A DNA stretch of 64,000 nt from the human T2T-CHM13v2.0 reference genome, Homo sapiens: the NCBI RefSeq assembly GCF_009914755.1, contig NC_060934.1. One strand, 5' to 3'. Position 1 is the stretch's first letter; each line of letters starts with the position of its first letter. The notes beneath the pieces are model-generated. The model was not told where the DNA came from, searched no databases, and worked only from the letters and a program-made list of their open reading frames with translations. Of this stretch, positions 55,200-64,000 are shown piece by piece. A program made the translations under genes and the position numbers.

Positions 55200-55372
55200 T
55201 TAAATTAAAAAAGATAAAAAAATTTGAGTATTAATCTATATCAAATTTTTTAAAGTAAAAGTAAAATCAATAATGCACTTGGTATTTTATAGTGAGTGCT
55301 ATTAAGACCACAAAATAAAATCTCATATCTGGAGTACGTAATGAAATGAACTTGTTTTTGTGAACAAGGTAC

Positions 55373-55601
55373 CTCAATATCTTTGCTTCTTGCGACTTCC
55401 TCAAAATTCTCTTGTTGCTCTAAAGTTTTGTCCACTTTGTCATCTGTCATGCAGAAACATCGCAAGGAAGATTCTACGGGATCATTCATTTTGGCAAAAA
55501 CAACAAACTTGGCCATATATGGAACACATATCAATTCTCTGTACAGTTGCGTGGCTAACCCCACAGTTTCTAAAACTTGATGGCAGTCTGCAAGCCAAAA
55601 T
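55373..55601 (-). CDS. ANK3: ANK3 exon 32 (FWLADC...[30 protein letters not shown])
   Basis: gctcag|ATT and GAG|gtacct; 229 nt, phase 2/0. Confidence 0.96.
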
Positions 55602-55927
55602 CTGAGCAAAACAAAAAACAGAAGTATGAAAATGTGGCTATTTAAAAGCCAAATCTTAAAAAGACTCACAATTAAAAAAATCAGAATATGTAAAGGAACT
55701 AACCCAAAACGTTATTAACTTGTTCATTTAAACAGCAAAGATGCTTTTTCGATGTATCAAACACAGAAACCCTCTGTTTGTTATTTGAGGATAATTTTGA
55801 TAAGCAAATACTACGGATTTTTTTTCTCACAACAATTTTTTTTAGTATTGAACACAACAATTTTTACTTTCCAAAAGGTAATAAAAACTAATTCCTTACT
55901 GCTTTTTGGAATCCTTTATTTCCATAC

Positions 55928-56024
55928 CTGGCTGAAACATTGGTTGTAAAGGAGACACAATCTTTTATAAACGTCAAAGGAGTTGTTCCTGTGATGTCTT
56001 CCCACTGAGCAGGCGAAGTGCCCC
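55928..56024 (-). CDS. ANK3: ANK3 exon 31, ZU5-B ([16 protein letters not shown]...FTTNVSAR)
   Basis: tctcag|GGG and CAG|gtatgg; 97 nt, phase 1/2. Confidence 0.96.
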
Positions 56025-56381
56025 CTGAGAGAACAACAGCAGATATGTTGACTTTATCATGGGAGATGCTCCTTGTAAAATTTTCATCAGATCCTGTTCT
56101 TCTTTCTGCATAGCCACAAACTGGCAAAACTTCAACACCTTCAGTTTAATAGTGTGTACTAAAGGTAGTTTTCCTCTCTACTCTCCTTTTATACTTTTAC
56201 CAGGCTTATTGTGATTTCCTTGTAAGATGATATTAAATTAAAAAAAAATTCCTTGTTTTTTGTCTGGGTACTAATGAATGGCTTAAACTTGGGGCAGCCA
56301 CAATTTATAAGTATATTTTATAAATGCAATTTGTAAGTGCAAAGATTGGTTGTTTCAGATGGATAATTAAGTCTCTTACTC

Positions 56382-56683
<302 letters not shown>

Positions 56684-57446
56684 CTCTTACTCTTTAAAAA
56701 GGTAAGAACTACCAAAGTTAAGAAACAGCTCATTCTGTACATGGCATTCTGTACAATTAATTACCGAGGGTAAAAAGGGGCATCAGCCATTAAAATTACT
56801 CCTCAGAGAACAAAAGAAGATCAAAAACAAAATCTATCTTTAATAATCTTGGAATTGCAGTTAAAAATCGGACTAGGATAATCAAAGGATGAATTGAGCT
56901 CTAGATTCCAGGTGCTTATCACAAAATGTGTTCTTCTGAGCCCTGAATGTTTAAACTCTCGGATTACACTGGCGAGTACAGTAGGTGAGAATAACCATGT
57001 ACTGAACAATTTCCTATTACTAGTGCTCTGTGGGACATGTATTTTTCCCAAAGTCCACCCAATTTCCTTGTAGTTTAAAGTATGTTGCTAAGTCCATTAC
57101 CTCTGTCTAGGTCACCAAGAAATTACCTAGATTGAATCTAGAAATTACCTAGATGCTCCAGTAGGTTCAATGATACTTCTACTAATGCTAACCTTAATAG
57201 CAGGAAAGATGCTATCACTAAATTTTAAATGAGTCATGAGACCAGGATCTTGACCAGGATCTTCCCAAGAAATGATCCTTGGGAAACCAGAGATGAGGTG
57301 ATGGACAAGTAAAATGTTTTGTTCTTTTATTTTCTCTTATAATGTTGGCATGGATATTTCAAAGGTTTTATATCTTTGTACACAAATATATCTTTGTACA
57401 CAATCTTTGTGAATCAATAGGAAGTACAGCAGTGACTTAACCAAAC

Positions 57447-57654
57447 CTGTAATGCTACAGAGAAGACGCAGATTGGGTGTAGTGTCCCCTTTGTATCCAT
57501 TGGATACACCTTCTCCTGAGGGCGGGGGCACCGGAATGGTCATTGTGATTGGTTTATGGAATTTCCGTCTTCTTGGTTCCACAGTGACAATTGGGCTAAA
57601 AGTTGCTTTGTTTCCAAGGATCTTTTTCACAATTTCATCTGGAACAGGCTGGGC
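57447..57654 (-). CDS. ANK3: ANK3 exon 30, ZU5-B (AQPVPDE...[17 protein letters not shown]...LRLLCSIT)
   Basis: ctctag|GCC and CAG|gtttgg; 208 nt, phase 0/1; canonical ankyrin VEPRRRKFH motif. Confidence 0.97.
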
Positions 57655-58917
57655 CTAGAGACAGAGAAAGGACTTTAAATGAAAGTGACTTTTTTTTTTT
57701 TTTTTCCCAATCATGAAGTTTACTTTTTAAGTGAGAAGGAAAAAAACAAAAACAGACAACCAAAAAAAAAAAAAAAAAAACCCAGGTCTTTTTTAACCTT
57801 TCTTACTATTTTAGGAAAGCATGAATAAACGAAACCAAACACTATGACAGGAATTGGTCAGTCTGAGTATTTCCCCAGTAGAACACAAATAGCACTGGCT
57901 TGCAGGAAAGAGAGGGGATCCAGTCTCACGGCATAGAAGTTTCTTAGTCTAGTCCAGATTAAAGGACAATAAATGCTGAGTCCAATATATTTTAAACCTA
58001 TGCAGGACATTCAGTAAAACCTCCTAAAGGCAACTCATACCCACATAAAAACCGAGGCTTTCAGAGTTAATAACAAAATGCATTCAAAATTTCAAAAGAT
58101 TTCAATTCTAGTCTACTAAGCCTCTCTTCTACCACTTGGTTTCTTTTCTGTTTGGTAAAATAACTTGGTATGGGAGGCAGGTGAAGGGAGCTTCATACCC
58201 CTGAAATGTAAGGTGGTCTCGTTAGTGCTAACTACTTATTAAAGGTCATCTCAGGACTTAAGTATGCTTGGCTCAAAACAAACAAACAAAACCCAGTTAA
58301 CTCCATTGGGCAGGAGAGTCCAGCCTCACAAGAAGAACATGAACCTTCAGTTAAACTATTAATTACAATATTAATAACATCTATTAAGTTACTTTAGTTC
58401 ATTTTCCTTATTCAATAAAGAAAAAAAGAACTAAAGTCTAGCTGAAATAAACACAAGAAAAATCTTTTGATCCAAGATTTCCAGCCAGCTTTCCAAACCA
58501 AATCAAGTTCCAACTGGTTTGGATAAAACCCAGTATTTATGATTTACTTCAATCAAATGAAAACACTAAAGTCTGCAGGCTTCACTATAACTGATTTTTA
58601 TGATGTGGCATATCATAAACCATGGCTTGGTATGTTGTTCCACATACTGAGACCAATAACCTATGATTTAAAAAATTATTTTTCATCAGAAACCAACTGA
58701 GACTTTTAAACAGAACAACCCTAAAATATGTACCTTATTTAACAAGCCAGTAAGCTAACTTTATACTTGATGCTTTTTATCTGAAATAGGTAAATGATTC
58801 CCCAAACGGCCTAATTAGCAGTATCATTAGGATGTTAGAATAACTCTTTCCAGAGCAAAACATGCACTCACATGCTCTCTGCGCATACTGAGGGAAACAA
58901 CTTTTTGTGAACATTAC

Positions 58918-59129
58918 CTGGAGGCCCACTCGAATTCTTTTAGTTAGGGCACCCTCTGGGAAAGATGCTTGAACAAGGGGCACTGTGGTGCTGCTCAGAA
59001 TTCCACCTTCAGGACCAATCTGGTTGCTTTCCTGCTTAATCCGGGAAACCACTGCAAAATACTGGGGGAAATCTTTCGTGATAATCCTGCAGATACGCTT
59101 TTTCCCTAACTCTTCTGGGCTATCAAGTT
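58918..59129 (-). CDS. ANK3: ANK3 exon 29, ZU5-A/ZU5-B ([29 protein letters not shown]...RVGLQ)
   Basis: ttttcag|AAC and CAG|gtaatg; 212 nt, phase 1/0. Confidence 0.97.
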
Positions 59130-59206
59130 CTGAAAAGACAAATGAAAGAAAATGCCATGAGAATAAGCATATCTACAACATACCTTAAGTCAAAATGATA
59201 TATCTT

Positions 59207-59494
<288 letters not shown>

Positions 59495-60229
59495 CAATAC
59501 ATCATTTTAATAGTCAAAATCATTTATACTCCATAGCCTAAACAGTTTTTATGATAAAGAGAAAATGGTAGTGACCATAAAATATTGGGTTTTGCAAAAA
59601 TATTATAAAACTATTAATATAAGTATTTGTAGAAAATATTTTTACAGAGTGGGAACAAACATTTTCAAGAACTGACATTTTGCCACCTGTGGATAAATTC
59701 CCAGTTTTCAAGAACAAGAATGGGAATTTACAATAATTTGCCCCCAAGCTGCCAAAAGTAGAAATGAGTTAGGAAAAAGAAAAAAAAGTGAGGCCTCATA
59801 AGAAAGTGAATAAGAACTTAAGTATGCCTGAAAGTTCCAGAACTTCATTTAAAAACCTCTTTCAAATATTTTAAAGTTATCCAAATGTTTAGCATCATCA
59901 TCACCAATTTCTTTGTGCCCACTGATGGCTCTCATGCGTGGAACTCAACCTGTCCACAAATGGATACATCTTCTTCCCTGCTGTCTACCTCCAAAAGTAC
60001 TTTCCTCCATAGTCCTAACTCTAGGAAGGGTTTACAATCTGCTCATTCCTTCACTCTAATAGTTATGACTCAACTTCCTTAACAAATGGTCAAAGTCCAA
60101 GTCCAGTTGATTCTCTTTTGGACGTGGCTCACCCTCCTGTCACCCGGGTGTTCAGGCCCTGTTTTAGTTTGCCTAATTGCTAAGACCACCTCCCAACCAA
60201 CTCACCTCTCTCACTCCAGTCCATCCAGG

Positions 60230-60231
<2 letters not shown>

Positions 60232-60277
<46 letters not shown>

Positions 60278-60280
60278 GTG
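60232..60280. repeat. (TG)n microsatellite
   Basis: About 19 TG units with a degenerate tail. Confidence 0.95.
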
Positions 60281-60329
60281 TTTCAAAGCCAAATTTTATG
60301 CATAATTCTGGTGGGCTTCATTGGAATAA

Positions 60330-61675
60330 ATGATTAAAAATTTTTATGGCATAATAAGTGTTTGAGATTAGCAAGAGTATTTTGGAAAAGTAGGTTTGTG
60401 ACGGAGAATTTATCTTATATGATATTAAGATTTACTCAGAAGTACAATAATTAAACAGTTAAACACACACATATAGAAATATAAGAATTATACATAGGAA
60501 TAGACAAATAGGTTGGGGGACAATAATAGAGAATCAAGAAATAGATTCAAGTTTAAATATGTATACTGAATATATATAAATCCACATATACTTTTATATA
60601 TGTATTATGTATTTAAGTTATATTTAAATCAAGGTAATATATTTAAATTTCAAATAAGTGAGAGAAAGATGATTTATTTAAAAGATGGTATTTACATAAT
60701 AGGAAATCTATTTGGAAAAACAAAGCTAAATCACATCTTATTGTATATAAATAAAAAATTACATTTGCTTAGGAGACAACTATTTTTAAAAATTAAAATC
60801 TGGCCAGGCGTGGTGGCTCACACCTGTAATCCCAGCACTTTGGGAGGCCGAGGCAGATTACGAGGTCAGGAGTTCAAGACCAGCCGGGCCAACATGGTGA
60901 AATCCCATCTCTACTAAAAAGTACAAAATTTAGCTGGGTGTGGTGGCATGCGCCTGTAATCCTAGCTACTTGGGGTGCTGAGACAGGAGAATTACTTGAA
61001 CCTGGGAGGCGAAGGTTGCAGTGAGCCGAGATCACGCCACTCACTCCATCCTGGGCAACAGAGTGAGACTCCATTTCCAAAAAAAAAATTAAAATCTTAC
61101 CAAAAAATTCAGGAAAATATGGTTTCGCTTTAGTTAGGGGAAACTTTCCTATACAAAACTGGAAACCCAGAAGCCTAAAAGCATAATATAAAAGGTAATA
61201 TATTTGACTACATAAAAATGTAAAGATTTCCATGACAAAAAGAGTAAACTTGAAAAGCAAAAAGTAGACTGGAAAAATAGCCACACCTGACAAGTAAAAG
61301 ATTAATATGCTCAATACCAAACGTATTAATAATAGGATGGCAGATAAGTCAATAGATGATAGCAAAATATTATAAACAGGCAATTCACAGAAGCTGAAAA
61401 ATGGTCAATAAAACATATTACAATGTTCAAACTGGATAATTTACATGGAAATGCCAATTAGAATGAGATACTATCTCCCTCCACACCCACTTCTTGGATT
61501 AGCTAAAATTAAACACTAATCACATCTTGTTATCAGAGAAAAATTAAGGGAAATAAGTGCTTTCATTACTGCAAGTGGGTGTGAATGGCAATAATTTTTT
61601 AACAGTGTAACTGGGCATCATCTATTCAAATTGAAAATGCACCTACCCTGGACGCAGCAATACCATTTACTGACA
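60330..61675 (+). mobile_element. Ancient L1M-like ORF2/3' remnant interrupted by an Alu
   Basis: A-rich sequence with L1-like phrases (caataatagagaatcaagaaatag, caggcaattcacagaag, aatgagatacta). Confidence 0.5.
60802..61088 (+). mobile_element. Alu
   Basis: Consensus; TSD aaaattaaaatct. Confidence 0.95.
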
Positions 61676-61677
61676 TC

Positions 61678-61965
61678 TTTTTTTTTTTGAGACAGATCTC
61701 GCCGTGTCGCCCACGAGTGCAATGGCACGATCTCGGCTCACTGCAACCTCTGCCTTCCCAGTTCTAGTGATTCTCCTGCTTTGGCCTCCTGAATAGCTGG
61801 GATTACAGGCACACGCCACCACGCCCAGCTAATTTTTGTATTTTTAGTAGAGACAGGGTTTCACCATGTTGGCCAGCCTGGTCTCAAACTCCTGACCTCA
61901 GGTGATCCCCCCAACCTTGGACCCCCAAAGTGTTGGGATTACAGGCATGAGCCACAGCACCCGGC
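61678..61965 (-). mobile_element. Alu
   Basis: Consensus. Confidence 0.9.
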
Positions 61966-62407
61966 AGCATTGCTTATAAAGACTAAAGCTTGAAAGAACT
62001 TGCATCTCTATGAATAAGGGAATGGTTACATAAGTAACAGTTTACCCATATCCTAGACATTCCTGCAGTTAGTAAACAGAATGATTCCAATTCATTCATT
62101 TACCAAGTTTTTACTGAGGGACCACCATGTAGAGCACTGATCTAGTCACTGGGGATAGGGTAGAAAGGAAATTAAAGTCACTCTCACATGGAAATTTTAT
62201 TCTAATAGGGGATAAAGAGGGGTAGATACATCACTAAACAAATATGAAGAAAAAATAAATCAAAGTGAGGGACTAGAATGTGACCAGGGAGGGTGGGGGT
62301 GGGAGGAGAGTTTCTCGTTTGAACAGGATGATTTGAGATGTGACACTAGAGGGTAGACTGGAAGGAGGATAGGAGGGAGCCAGACAAAGAGCGACTGCCC
62401 TGTATAA

Positions 62408-62790
<383 letters not shown>

Positions 62791-63492
62791 TACGTTTGTA
62801 TATTTTTATAAGAAATATGTAGAAGAAACATTCTAGGCTGTTAGCAATGGTTACCTCAGAGGAACAGGAAATGGAATTGGGGAAGGAAGATGAGAAGAGG
62901 GTAGGGAACAAGGAGTATTACCCTTGGGTTGATATAGCTATGCTTGTTTTACCTATTAACAAAATAAAGGAAAAATTCCCAAACTTTGGGGGATGGGGGG
63001 TTGTTTTGTTGTTCATTACTCCTACAGGACTCTTTTCAGACCTCCGATACATACTGCACAGGTCCCCCTGTCCCTTCACTATTAACATTTCTGCCTCCTT
63101 TATCAGATACGTGAGGCTGAGATTATGGCTTATTTCAAATAGAAACTTGTAGAATGACAAAATGAATGATTAGGTAATTGGATCAATACATCTTTTTCAT
63201 TTTACGGATCAACCACTAAACTCTGAGATGGGAGGATCAAATTATCAACTAGGAGAGAAACAGGGTTCAACCCAGATTTAAAAAATGAGCCACCAACAGA
63301 ACTTTTATTATCAAACATTGATTTCCCAAATGGAACAATGACTATAGAACTATTTTCTTCTTTAATTAAAAAAGTAACTATTAGAAAAAAAAGGAACTGC
63401 AATTTTACTCCTTTTTGCCTCCTCAAGTATCTTCTTCTCTGTAAACCTAAACACTGAAATCCTAGTGTAGGAAAAGAAAAGAAAACAAATAA

Positions 63493-63909
<417 letters not shown>

Positions 63910-64000
63910 TAAACGTTTTCCATAGAAAGCAAATATATTTCCCTCTCCATGATTTGGCTTAAGAGAGTGAATTCCTCAAGTTCATAACTCATGCTGCAAC

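Noticed and set aside
57117-57402. Several 12-18 bp tandem duplications (also at ~17320, ~31215, ~33670)
   Set aside because: Ordinary slippage products with no functional context; no CRISPR-like repeat-spacer periodicity.

Overview
Human (primate) genomic DNA covering the 3' half of ANK3 (ankyrin-G), transcribed on the minus strand. From GT/AG sites and reading-frame phase I reconstructed a phase-consistent exon chain. In transcript order: ZU5/UPA spectrin-binding exons (59129 down to 53386), a 27-nt microexon, an 82-nt exon, the 7812-nt neuronal giant exon (39423-47234, with an internal in-frame donor at 44658), three death-domain exons, a composite C-terminal exon containing an exitron (30110-30776), a 379-nt exon, four small phase-0 cassette exons (17, 29, 28 and 20 aa, obscurin-binding type) that the ORF track misses or does not delimit, the stop-codon exon (13437-13524) and the start of the 3'UTR exon (1-576). 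The introns hold about 25 Alus, an L1 with a 5' inversion, an LTR-like element, MER2/MER5/MIR/L2 remnants and a Y1-RNA retrocopy. The most notable signals these features do not explain are: a ~230-260 bp non-Alu inverted duplication (15802-16744) just upstream of the muscle-type exons; a candidate 18-nt in-frame microexon inside a TGCATG cluster upstream of the giant exon; a strong antisense exon (21319-21495); a duplication-inversion hairpin (9512-9611); and a latent 53-aa alternative C-terminus in the 3'UTR exon. Exon numbers follow my recollection of the 44-exon 480-kDa transcript. Repeat boundaries are approximate and were called by eye.
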